Shown here one piece after another: positions 39,671-52,098 of a stretch of DNA of 64,000 nucleotides. The notes beneath the pieces were generated by a model that saw only the letters and a list, made by a program, of their open reading frames with translations, did not search any database and was not told where the DNA came from. The stretch's first letter is position 1. The number at the start of each line of letters is the position of its first letter. Made by a program: the position numbers and the translations under genes. Source of the DNA: the human T2T-CHM13v2.0 reference genome, Homo sapiens; assembly GCF_009914755.1 (NCBI RefSeq), contig NC_060928.1. The stretch is one strand, 5' to 3'.

Positions 39671-39773
39671 AATGCTTATTTCTAGGGATATATATACATA
39701 TATATGTATTTATATATAGATATGTATCTTATATATAGATATGTATATCTATATATCCCTAGAAATAAGCATT
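39671..39773. repeat. Hairpin: perfect 24-bp inverted repeat around a TA-rich spacer
   Basis: AATGCTTATTTCTAGGGATATATA (39671-39694) and TATATATCCCTAGAAATAAGCATT (39750-39773). Confidence 0.95.
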
Positions 39774-41299
39774 ATAATTATTAATTATATATTATATATA
39801 ATATATATTACATATTAATTATGTATATATAATATACATTATATATTATTAATTATGTATATATAATCCATGGAATACATATAACGCATATTCCAATCCT
39901 TGGTTAAAAAGAGGTCACATCATATATTATATATATGATAATGGATAATAATAACAATAATAAATTGAGCCTTTTTGTTGATAATTTACAAGGTACTCTG
40001 AAGGCACAGAATAACAATATCAATAATAGTAAATTTTGTCATGCAAATATTGTATACAGTATATTATGTGATACTTATGTATTAGTGCAGCAATTACACA
40101 GCATCACCTTATCACAGTAGAAGTGCACCCTAGATTGTAGTAAGCAGAACTAAGGCACATTAGGATAGATTGTGTTCTTACAGTAATTACTGGAATACTA
40201 CATTATCCATAAGAAAATTGCCACATGCTTCCATGAAACATAAGGAACGACATCCGTCTCCCATTTTATCACCGTAAGAACTCTGCCAGCCACTCTGGAG
40301 ACTGAGTTCCAGCTGAGAAGCATTCAACATTTCCTGATCCCTGGAGAACTGAGTTAGTGCACTCAGGTCTAGCTCATCACTCAGGGGTGTATGCAGCCAT
40401 CCTGACATGTGGGGTTTCTGGAAGCATCACTAACTCGGAGGCGATGAACAGAAATGGAGGAGCATCCAAGACCTAGGCACAATTTTTCATCAATTTGACC
40501 TACATCCATTTGTAATCAGTTCTTTTAACTGGAGGAGAGTAAAGCATGACCACTGACAAAGCAAAAACCACGTCGAGTAGGAGAGAGAAAGATTCCTCTC
40601 CCTCTGATACAGAAATTCACATCTGTGGCTAAAACTGTTCTCCAAAACACTGAAATAAAATAAAAGTATCTAAACAGCTCACCCTACAAGAGTTTGGAAG
40701 CTGCTAGAAGACATGTTTAAATGTAGTTTTCACATATCCACTTAAAATGAGAAAGAAAAGAGCTCTCTAGAATCATATTACTAATATTAACCAGGTGGGA
40801 AGGCCCTTCCCAAGTCCAGTCCTCAAAGGTCAGTCATAAATGACACAGCCACTCCACTTTCTGGAAATGATAGCAATTCCTCCATAGATAAGCCAATTAA
40901 GAGAGAGGGAAAGGCAGATAGCTTTGTGGTTTTGAGAAGGGATGTAAAAGTCCAATGAAAGTTCTATGAAATGAGGAATAATGTTTCTCACCCTTATACT
41001 ACAGTGTCAAGCACAATACTGCTCAATAAATATTTGTCAAGTAGATCAAACAATTGATTAATCTAGAATTAACAAAAATCAACCAGGTAAGAGAAGCACC
41101 TGACACTGAGAAAATTACTCAGACAAACACAATCTCTGCTTGAAGGGAAAGCCCTTCAAACCTGGGGGCTCCTCCACTCTGATTGCATCAGGGGAGCTTT
41201 CCCTCTTGAAAGAGCTTCAAAGAGATCATAAAAGGAAAAGCTGGGTGGCTGAGGCAGTGACATACAAGAGCCTACAAAGAGGCAAATCCTGCTCTTGAA

Positions 41300-41480
41300 C
41301 TTGACCTGCATCATCTCAGCTTATCTCCCCAACAACCCTGCAAACTAATTTTAAGAGTTTCATTTGACCACTGAGAACACTGAGACTGGGACAGCTTAAA
41401 TAAGTTGCTCAAAACATCACACTAACAAGAGGCATGGCAGAAATGTGAGCACAGGCTTCTGAAACCCATTGCCATGATCT
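41300..41480 (-). mobile_element. MIR SINE
   Basis: ATCTCCCCAACAACCCTG...GAGAACACTGAGAC..TAAATAAGTTGCTCAA. Confidence 0.55.
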
Positions 41481-41952
41481 CTCCTTTACACTCCAAGTGT
41501 TTCAACAACTAGAATGAAAATTTAACGTGTGATAAAGGTAAGAAGTCAAGACATAAAGAAAGAGGAACGAAAAGAAAAAAATAGCAAGAAATCTTAGCTG
41601 AGGAAGGCTGCAACCTCAAAGCACGAAACAGTTTGCATTAAGTTTCTAGTATCTAACAAGTTCCTGCTATCTCATTTTAGGCAAGAACAAAACATTTTAC
41701 AGGTACTGCATTTGGGAAGAAATTTACTTTGGGGTTCTTTTTTTTTATGACATTCACTGAACAACATAATAAATAATTATTGCATCAATTACTGCATTTT
41801 CCCTTTTTTCAAGTGGTCAGTCCTTAGGTAGTTTCAATCATATTTCCTTACATCTGTCCCATGGAAAACAGAACTCTCAGTCATTCCATTTATAGCTCTG
41901 CACTAGTACAGAAGGCAGGAACACACCAGGTTGTATTGCAGTTGATATTATG

Positions 41953-42036
41953 ATTATTATCAGATAATATTATTACTAGTCTATACTATTATTATCAGAT
42001 AATATTATTACTATTCTATACTATTATTACTATTCT
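41953..42036. repeat. 35-bp tandem duplication plus partial copy
   Basis: ATTATTATCAGATAATATTATTACTA(G/T)TCTATACT x2, 1 mismatch. Confidence 0.9.
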
Positions 42037-42037
42037 G

Positions 42038-42255
42038 TTTTTATTGCATGCCAAGCATTTTTCTGAGCACTGTACACATGATCTCATTTAGCCTACATAA
42101 CACCCTGTAAAATGGGTATTATGTTTCTCAGGTAAAAATAATCAGAAAACTGGCACCTCGAGTAGTTATATAACTTGCCTACCAAGTTTGCACCCGAAAA
42201 AAACAGCCAAGTTGGGATTTGAACTCAAATCAGTTTGACACCAGGGCCCATCTTT
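42038..42255 (-). mobile_element. MIR SINE
   Basis: ATGATCTCATTTAGCCTACATAACACCCTG...GGGATTTGAACTCA. Confidence 0.7.
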
Positions 42256-43234
42256 TCAGACACAGCTAAATGAAGGATGCCTGGCTTTGTGATTGTTAAT
42301 CGTACCTTTTGACAAGCTGCATGTTCCCATTTTAAAAGACTAAAAGACTGATTGAAAGGCTCGATATAGCCCATTAATTTTATACCCACTTGTATCAAAA
42401 TCCTTCAATTCCCTTTGCAGCTTTTCTGCTTTCATTTTAAACTCTTCTTCCCTCTGCTGCTCTTGTCCTCTATGTATACACATGGAAATGAAGTCTAGAG
42501 GCTCCTTCTAGCCAAATCTTTCAACATTTGAAGAGCCAATGAAAGCACAGTCTCTATGTTCAATTAAACACATTTAATTCACAAAGCACTTTCTGAAAAA
42601 TTCAAAGAGCCTTAGGTACTTTTAATCAGATGTTCTTGGTAACTAAAATACCGCTTATGTTTAATTGTGATTCCCTTATATGATATCCTAATACTAGAAT
42701 CTAAAGGAACTTGGCCCTACTATGTCCTTCCTTAAAAATCAAAGGCCACTAAAACAAACAAAGTAAAGCAAACAAAAAAAAGGGCAAACTCTGTGCACAT
42801 AGTAATAAGAAAAAATTTTTAAAGCTATATTCTATGTCACCTCATTATAGAAACTAAATGGAACAATGATGTTATGTAACAATTATTGAGTATCTCTCTG
42901 TGCCAGGTAATGCAATAAGTGTCTTACATAGATTATCTCTTCCTTTGACACTGAATCATAATGTCAGACAATGACGGAACAGAAAAGTAGATTTAACCCC
43001 TGTAATGTATAGAGAAGATGACAAATGAAGACAGAGTAGAAAGTAAGTGTACTAGAGCAACAGAGGAAGATAAATTGCTGACATCTAATGATCCCACATC
43101 AGAAAGTGTTTACCAACATCCTCCATGAAGTGAGATTAATGGTTAAAAACAAATTCATATTTTCAATAGTGTGTTTGAAATTAGTCATGCTCTGCTTGTT
43201 GTAGGTCCTCAAAATATTCTGTTCATAGTTTCAC

Positions 43235-43390
43235 TTCATGAGCCAGGGCCCATTATCATCAGCCCCATTTTGCAGATGTTGAAACTGAGGCGTGGAAAAG
43301 GTAAACAACTTGCCCAAAGACACACAGCTCAGCTCATCAGGGCTACAGGCAGGGTTTGAACCAAGCTCCAAGTCCAAGCTATTGACAACT
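43235..43390 (-). mobile_element. MIR SINE
   Basis: CCCCATTTTGCAGATGTTGAAACTGAGGC...ACTTGCCCAAAGACACACAGCT. Confidence 0.8.
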
Positions 43391-45079
43391 ACACTTAAAG
43401 GCTCTTGGGATTGCTCATTACTTACCAATGAAATCACCAGGCTATTGGAAAGTCAGCAGGAATTTAGAGGATAGAAGGAAGAAAGCTTTCTTTTTTCCTA
43501 AACAGCACAGTAAAGGCACAATAGTTTCTTGAGTGACTAGGATGCCATTCAGTACTCTTAAGAGTAATTTTCTCAGTGGTATCCTAGGGGCTTAAAACAA
43601 TCCATCAGACACTTTTTCCATCCTAAAGGGACTTCAATATTAAAAAGGTTGTCATTTGTGTTTGACAATTTCTTCTGAGGTTAAACAAAGAAAGAATAGA
43701 AGTTTCTAGGTAATGTGAATTGGAAATAAAATGTCCCAGCCTGCTCAGATATGCAGGCTATGAGGTAGCAATAAGCTGAGGATTTGAATCCCGGTCACCT
43801 CATGTCCAAGCAAAGGCTCTTTGTACTAATATTCTGGACATTTCCCTCTGTCCTGCTTAACAAGCCCATCCTGCCCTGTCTATGTAATCCCTGTGTTGTA
43901 GGAAGTAACCCGTTAAAGGCTCCTGAGCAGACTTGAAATGTTCTGAAGCTCTAGGAGCCCAGAGTTCTTTTGATCCCTCCTGGAAGATTCAGCAGAGAGA
44001 CTTTAAAGTGTATCAGTAAGAAGGAACTACAGAAAGGGGCTGTTTTGTTTCCTGGGGTGAAAGCCTTCGAGGGGTTTGAGGAGAAAAGTGGTCTGTGGGG
44101 AAGTCAATCTTCCCACTAATAAAATAGGCTCTCCTGGTGGAAATAAACATTTCTGCATATTGGGCAGAGAAGGGGGGGCGGTGAGAAGAGCACACAACTA
44201 ATATAGCACTAATAAAGGTCACATAGATAATACGTGACACTTTCAGGTTTCCATCTAGAGTCTGTCAGATTTCAAAGCCCACATTCCTTGCAATATGCCC
44301 CACTGCCTCAAGAGCAGGGATGCAGCAACAGACCAGAAGGAAGGATACAAGAGGCAAGAGCATGCAGGGAAAACAAATGCATAAAACATCATAAGAAAGA
44401 AAGAAGGCTGTAGGGCAAGGGAGGAAATTGGTCAGGCTTTGCAGGAAGGACCCCAAAGTCCTATCAGAAATGACAGTGACTAGACATCACCAAATGATGT
44501 TGATCATTGCAACATATATAGAAGATGACAATGGAAGCAAAGACGAATTCCAGTCAATCAACAGAGTAACAAAGAGACCATCTCAGACTTCAAATGTTTA
44601 CCAACTCACTGCATGAAGAAGGATTGCTGAGCAAAAGGAACACATTTACGAGGGTATGTTTGAAATTGATGGTGTCCTACCTAAGCTGGCAGTTTAATAT
44701 AACTTATTGTGAGTCTAAACTGTTTTCTACAATCAATCTCTTGTGGTGGCAAGTTCTAGTTAAAAACCCCCAGTGGTACTGACTGTATCAAAACTCATGT
44801 CAAGGTGAAGGCTGCAGACTAATAGAGTGCCCAAACAGGGACTGGTGGGTTTTGGTGGGTCCTGTTAATATCTTGGGCTACACAGTAGAAAATCACGTGG
44901 GAAAGTCACGCAGGTTGACTCCCTGAAAAAGAGAAACACACATGTACATGCACACATACATATCCCTCACGTGGGAGTCACTTGTTCAGACTTTCCCAGC
45001 TTGCCATGTGCTTATTCTCCTTGCAAGTATAATATTTCAGTTTACAGTTTCCTCTCTGACCTCCAAAATATTGTCTTCT

Positions 45080-45560
45080 TCTAAAGACTTGTTCACCATT
45101 TGATCATGTCACAGTCCTGCTTAATATCCCTCAGTGGTCCTCAGTAGCATGGGAGATAGAATTCAAATTCCCTCAGCTTTGCACATACAGGTCTTTGTGA
45201 TTTTCTTTGTGAGCACCTCACATCACTCTCCAGAGACATCCAACTGCGTGTACCTCCTCTCACTCTGATACTTACATTTCTGTCACCTCCTTACAGTACA
45301 CAGGCCTGGAACCCTCATTTCACCCTCCTCCATTGCACAAAGTTCTCAAGATTTAGCTAAAGAGTTCCTTCTGTGGGGGAAGTCTTCGATGACCTCCCAG
45401 GGAAGGGGCCAGGCTCTCTAGGAGCCTCCCCATGAGCCCACCCTTTCCTTCCTTCCTCATCCTGATTGTCATTTACCTGCTTGTTCCTCTAGTAGACTAT
45501 AGGAAGGAAATGAGCCATATTTAGTTTTATATGTTCATTGATTAGCTGAATAAATCCATA
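45080..45560 (+). mobile_element. L2 fragment
   Basis: TGATCATGTCACAGTCCTGCTTAA..CCCTCAGTGG...TAGACTAT.. Confidence 0.55.
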
Positions 45561-46352
45561 AAGAATCCCTTTTAGCAACACAGAATGCTTCAGAAGAAAA
45601 AGTAAATTCTCACCAGCCTTCCAAAGGACACCTGACAGTAAGCCAAATCCAGAAGATTCTCAACAGTGCAAAGAATGTCATCCTAGAAATTCTTAGCGAT
45701 GCTAAGGGGAAAACAGGCTCTTTTCATCTTCAGGGGATAGTAGTGAAAGGGCAATTCTTAGTTGCCCAGACATTGTAGCTTGTAAGCACTTTCACAGCTA
45801 TGATGGCATCTCCTACCTTTGATTAACGGGAGGTGATGGAGACTAACTACAACTGAATTTTGACTGGTACTTTTCCTATGTTTTGTCACCTAACAACCTC
45901 ATGCAGTAAGCAGCTCCCCCATTATAATGCAAAGTCCCAAGTCACATGGAAATTGAGGAGTGGTCATGATCCCAATTCAGGTATGATGCTGGGGAAAATG
46001 AAGATCTTTACACAATACAGCGGCTTCTGCAGGTGAGAAAAGTCCCCCTATCCATTCGTCTTACCTTCTTTCAATCAAAAATGACTTCCCAGTCAGAACT
46101 GCAGAACAGAATACCCCATGAAGCAAGTTTGCTGCTTCTTGTTGCCAGGGCCAGTCAGATCTGATCAAAGCCTAAAAGATCATCTCACAGGGCCTGGCTG
46201 GGGAGTAGGCTTTGAGTTCTTCCTCTGCTACGTACTTCCCCTACTCTCTCCTCTCCCAACCCCACTCTGTTTCTCTTGAAAACACTTCCTAATGTGTCTG
46301 TTTCTACAAAAAAAGAAAAGCCTAGATACAGGAAACCTATAAAGATTTAGGC

Positions 46353-46558
46353 CAAACGTCAGCAAACCCTTTCTGTAAAGGGCCAAAGAGCCAATATTTT
46401 AGGTATACAATCACAACTACTCAACTCTGCCATTGCAGCATTAATGCCCCCATTGGCAATACATAAATGAATATGCATGACTTTATTCCAATAAAACTTT
46501 ATTAACAAAAACCGGTGGCCAAGCGGATTTGACAATGAGTGCTAGTTTGCCAACCCCC
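46353..46558 (+). mobile_element. MER58A
   Basis: GTCAGCAAAC..TTCTGTAAAGGGCCA...CAACTACTCAACTCTGCCATTG...TAGTTTGCCAACCCC. Confidence 0.85.
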
Positions 46559-47169
46559 AGTCTAGGTGAAGGACAGTAATTAAACTTCATCTCTTGTGCC
46601 AGCTTTGATCAATGAGTATTTGGTTTCCTGGAGTTTGGTGTTCATTAAGACTCAGAAGGCTGCAAGCTCTGTAGGAAAGATGCTATGATCAATTAGTGAT
46701 GTCTGCTCTGGGTGTCAGAAGAATCATGGTAGTATATGTGCCATATTTGCCATCTTCTGGTTAAGATTTGAGTGTGCATATAAAGACGCCATGAAACAAT
46801 AGTTTCCAAGTAGCCTGAGACCCACCAAAGCTGAACAATCACCAATGTGCCATTCTGCCACTGTCTCTTTCCCTTGTAAGCTTCATGTCTTTTTTTATTC
46901 TAAATAGTTCAGAAATCAGGAACACATGATTTGGAAAAAAAGAAGGAAGGCAAAACGTCTATCTATGGACAGAATCTAAAAGTAAATCATGCATTGAGAA
47001 GTTGGATTAGGTAAAAATCCTTTTTTTTATCTAAGGTTTGTATGTCAGATTACCTAGGATTACAGGATTAAGAGGCATCCTGTTCTCTCTGTAGCAAAAG
47101 CAACTGTAGCAGGCAAGAATTTTCTTTAAACAAATTCACCCTTAATAAATATATATGCCAAGAAAGCCC

Positions 47170-47463
47170 TTTTTTTTTTTTTTTTTTTTTTGGCGATGGA
47201 GTCTCACTCTGTCACCCACGCTAGAGGGCAGTGGCATGATCTCAGCTCACTGCAACCTCCACCTCCTGGGTTCAAGCATTTCTCGTGCTCAGCCTCCCGA
47301 GTAGCTGGTACTACAGGTGCACACCACCACACCAGGCTAAGTTTTCGTATTTTAGTAGAGACAGGTTTGCCCAGGGTGGTCTTGAACTCCGAAGCTCAGG
47401 CAATCCACCTGCCTCAGCCTCCCAAAGTGCTGGGATTACAGGCGTGAGCCACCGTGCCTGGCC
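47170..47463 (-). mobile_element. AluS
   Basis: Poly-T, GATGGAGTCTCACTCTGTCACCC...GTGAGCCACCGTGCCTGGCC. Confidence 0.95.
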
Positions 47464-49712
47464 AAAATCCCTTTCTATAAGCAGTGTTGTAGTTGGCAAT
47501 AGAGATGGTTCAAGAAGAGTATTTTGAGTTAATATTGAACTTGCAAGTAAATACATAAAGCTTCAGTGCCATAAAGCTAATTTAAAAGGGACATTTCTCT
47601 TTATCGTTCCCTGGAGTATTACAGACTAGATCTATGATATTCTTCGGCCATAATGTAGGATTCATTAAGGAACTGAAGCCATAATTGTCTACATCAGTAC
47701 ATATGAATCAACTGGATAAATCGTCCAAATGAATTGGCTAATACGACCTCAGTTCTTGTTATGAAGTTCTCCACATGACCCCTGGCAGGTGGACAGAAAA
47801 CTGAGGACTGAATTTTAACTGTAAGAATATCAGAGAAGGGAATTCAAAGGGAATTTGCAAAGCATGATAATTTGTATACACATAAGACAATTTCTACCTC
47901 ACAATTTTATCCCTTCAGAGTGGAAAATGATTAAATACATGAAATCACACACATATAAAATACACATATGTGTCTTTTTAAGATTTATGTAATAATTATG
48001 TATATTGCTTATTGCAGTCAATATTACCTTTCTCTTTATATCAATAAGGGAAAATTTAATTTCACTAGAAAAGTATGTATCATATAACGGCAAACCTACG
48101 GCAATTTTTTTTTTTAGCCATCATGTTTCTACAATTTCTTGTCTGTACAATGTCAGGATAAAGTATCAAAGAGAGAGTAAAGTAAGAGCTATGCAAAATG
48201 ATATCTTCTTAATTAAGCAATGGTAGGTCACATGATAACAGGAAACCTAGAATAACACAACCTTTACACTAAACTCAGCATCTAATTTACTGACAACAAT
48301 TTTGGAAGAGTCAGAAAAGTTAGAGTACATGGGCCAGATATAGATATAATTTTGTCTCTTTAAAATTTCTGTGCATTATCATTCATAAAATATGTATGGC
48401 TTTATTGACTTCCTAGGGAGAACAAGAGGTTGCTTCCCTTCAGAATATAAAAAGCCAGGGAAAACTTGAAGAGTCAATAGCTCTCATACTAAATGCCATG
48501 GTAGCTTGGTGAGTGGCCTATATTTGAACGTTTTGATCTCCCTTAGTTGTTGTCAAGTTTGAGGACTGTTTCAATGATTAAAATTCCAAATGGGATACTG
48601 TGACTAAAATCAGAAATGTAGACGCTTGATTTATTACGTGTCATGCACATTGAGATCAATCTTATGAATACATATTTATTTATTACAATAAAAAGAGGAA
48701 TCTGTGATAACAAGGAACTCTGGAGATTCTTTTGCCTATGTTTCGTTTGGGCTGGTTACAGACAACAAAGAAAACAGCATATGTAGTACTCCTAGCAAGT
48801 GCATATCTACGAGAATACCAAGGGCCTCTTCCTGAGTGCCTTTATAAGCCACGGTATTCCCTACACTCTTCTGTGGAAGTTATCGCTGTATTAGATGTTG
48901 TTGAACATATTTGATATGAAAGCATTGTCTGTTTGCTACCAGTATCTAAGGAGTCTCTCCCCCAGAGTTGCCAGCAAGGTGCTGATTAATTAACTGAAGT
49001 AGTGAAGCTGAATCGTACAACAGCTGTTTAGAGAATTGTCATTAACTTGGTCTCCTTTCCTGTCTATTAGCTTTCTTGCAGTGAGCCCACTAAAATGCAA
49101 ATCTTGGAAACTCAGCATTAGACTCTACCTTAACCTCTGTGCCCTGTTTGATGCCAAAAAGATGTGAATGGTCTGGGTTGATTTTTTGTTGTTGTTGTTG
49201 TTGTTTTAAGGGAAATAAGACGAAGAAACAAGAATGGAGAGAAGCGAAGCCAAAAGAAGTTGGAAAAGGGATTTTGGAAACTTCTTAGAAGTCACAGTCT
49301 GCCTTGTCACTTGTCATTGGCAGGTAACGAGAGGACAGCCCTTTGGGCTGAATGTCAAAATGGGAATTGCAGATATCCTAAGCTTATTGAACGGTCGGCT
49401 ATCTGACGATCTTTTCCTGGGACCTCCTTGCACGGGAAAGAAAAAGGCACTCTGTGATGGGGAGAGACGACAGAAAGGAGCAGCATGGAGAGGTAGACGC
49501 AGCCGCCCCTCTGGAATGAGGACAGTTGGTGAAGGACTCCAACGTGTAGACCTCAGCTGCCCCAAGAACAAGGATGATTATTCAGAGGAGTGGAATCTAT
49601 ATTAAGTGGCAGATTGGAGGGAGGGCCGAGTTGATGAGACGCAAGCACGTCATTAAAATGCTCTCGGGTGAGGCACAGTGACTCAGAGCGAATAAAAATG
49701 ATAGGTTTCAAA

Positions 49713-49790
49713 TCTTTCCTTCCTTCTTTCCTACCTTCCTTACTTCCCTCCTTCCTTTATTCTTTTCATTTTCCTTTCTTTTTTCTTTCA
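49713..49790. repeat. (CCTT)n / pyrimidine-rich simple repeat
   Basis: TTTCCTTCCTTCTTTCCTACCTTCCTTACTTCCCTCCTTCC. Confidence 0.85.
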
Positions 49791-50149
49791 TATATATGTT
49801 TAAGTCTACCTGCAGATTTTGTGAATGACAACAATGTCTTCCACATTCAGGCCAACGAAATTACTTCATAACAGAGGCTGTCACCGTTTCATCCTAGGTA
49901 TCACTTGATAACTCCACTAAGCTCTGCTTATTCCCTCTGACATGAATCTCAGAGACTTGGTACCAGAAAGCTCAGATGTTAACACCTTCTGTTGCTATAA
50001 CAGTTACCCCTTGCAATTTCATTTGCCTCGGCACTCCTTCACACTGGTCTCACTTTATAAAACAGCTAAGGAATTTTCAACTCAGAAAAAAGTACAAATT
50101 AAACACGTGCTTAAATAGCACATAATGGGGTCATCAGGGCATATAATAA

Positions 50150-50600
50150 AAAAATCCAAATACATCTTAAAAATGCAGCAGGTGCTTTTTTTTTAATGAA
50201 GCAGATAAATGCAGAAAAGAATGCACTGATACAGACAGAGCATCTGCCTCATGATAAAATTAAGTCTTGTGACAGAAATAAATCACTGTGGGGGAGAATG
50301 TAACCCATTATCCAATAGGATTTTTTCTTTTTTTCTTACGTGACAGGACTTATTGGATTCCCTGACGCTAGGCAGCTAAGTGCATCCACGATTTGATGAT
50401 AAATCAGAAAGACTGCAGGATTTGAAATTTAACAACTACTTATTTTTCTGTGATATAGAGATAAGGGGAAAATTTCAGTGAGTAACTATTAAATTGGGAG
50501 TCTCCTTTTCTTTTCTGATAATCTGATCCTCTGGTACTATGTCACATCATCACACAATGCCAACAACCAGCAGTGAGCAAAATAGATTTTGGACTAAGAT
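50150..50600. promoter_or_regulatory. Candidate enhancer-like element with TALE/PBX-HOX motifs
   Basis: TGACAG 50270 + ATAAATCA 50278; TGACAG 50341; ATAAATCA 50399; repeat-free. Confidence 0.4.
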
Positions 50601-51738
50601 GAATAAGGGAGCTACTTATCTTTCCTTTTCTTTTCCAATATTCAGTTTTATCTAAAGAGTACTATAGAAAGGTTACTTTTGACATAAAAATATACTGCTC
50701 TTATTACACTTTCCTTTTTATCCCCTTCAATACTTTAAAAAATGGCAATAAAGGCATGTTTTTCTTTTTAAAACATTTTCATGTTTGAACAATAGAAAAG
50801 GAAAATCCATATATCATGTTAAAAATACACAGGAACTAATAGAGCTCAAGATTACCTTACCATGTTTGATAAATGTGACTTGCAAAAACACACCTTCATG
50901 TTTTAATGATTTTCTTTGTTATAATATGCTATTAATTGGTGGAAGTGGGGAGGAAATAATTCACATCTTCAAGATGCACCTTTATTTTTCCACGTTGAAT
51001 CTGTGTAGCACCTTGAGTGCTTTGCTGACAATGGCACCTATCACAAGCTCTCCTACCGAACTATATAGATTGCCCTTGTAAGAAACAGAGAGAGCAAACT
51101 CAAATGATTTTTTTTTCTCCTGGTAATTTTTTTAAGTGAGAACGTCTTCAAAAACCTGATCCATTGTGTAAAAACATAGCAACAATTTAGCAACTGACAT
51201 CCCAGCAGAAATAGTGTATTTTTGTGCCAAGGTATATTTCAAAAGCCAAACCAGAATCCCTTTTCTTGTAAACTAAATCAAGCTCACTATAAAGCTCCTA
51301 TCACTGATTTTTTTTTCCTACATCTTGTCTTGTGAAGGGGCGAAGGTGGGGTTGGAAAGAGAGGTATTAAACATTGATCACTGGTAATTACGGTAATCTC
51401 CTTCAGGAGCTTTAACTGCTACAAACTCATCCTGTCTTCAGAGAGAGCTAACTCCATGTGACAACACAAGGAAAGCTGTTAAAGAACTGTAAACTCCTGC
51501 AGCTGGGTACCAGCCTTTAATTAGACTGTGGCACCGAAACAGACGTTCTTCAAGTACCCAGAGAGATATAATGAGTCTATTAGTCCAAGAAGTAAGAGAT
51601 ATAATCGGCCAAATCATACATCTATCAAAAACATACCAAGAAATGGGGGAAGGGCACAGAGAATCAGCCAAACATCCTGGCCGTCAGGAAGTCATTGAAT
51701 GTGGCTTGTAATTCTGTTTCACACAAATTGGATGATAA

Positions 51739-51741
<3 letters not shown>

Positions 51742-51799
<58 letters not shown>
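51742..51799. repeat. Compound microsatellite (CA)n(GA)n
   Basis: ~29 bp of CA repeat directly followed by ~29 bp of AG repeat. Confidence 0.97.
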
Positions 51800-51801
<2 letters not shown>

Positions 51802-51840
51802 TTGAAGACAAACATTTCTGGAAGTGGAAGTGCCTGGAAA

Positions 51841-52098
51841 CCAGGCTGGAGTGCAGTGGCACGATCTCAGCTCACTGCAATTTCTGCCTCCTGGGGTTCA
51901 AGCCATTCTCCTGCCTCAGCCTCCAGAGTAGCTGGGATGACAAGCATGCGCCACCACACCCAGCTGACTTTTGTATTTTTAGTAGAGACAGAGTTTCACT
52001 ATGTTGGCCAGGATGGTCTCGATCTCCTGACCTCGAGATCTGCCCGCCTTGGCCTCTCAAAGTGCTGGGATTACAGGTGTGAGCCACTGCACCCAGCC
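51841..52098 (-). mobile_element. AluS (Sc-like) lacking its 3' end and poly-A tail
   Basis: Starts at CCAGGCTGGAGTGCAGTGGC; GGATGGTCTCGATCTCCTGACCTCG; ends CACCCAGCC. Confidence 0.92.

Noticed and set aside
44160-44185. CTCF-like motif (also CGCCATCTG at ~53818)
   Set aside because: Partial matches lacking the CCAC/CCAG half; not supportable
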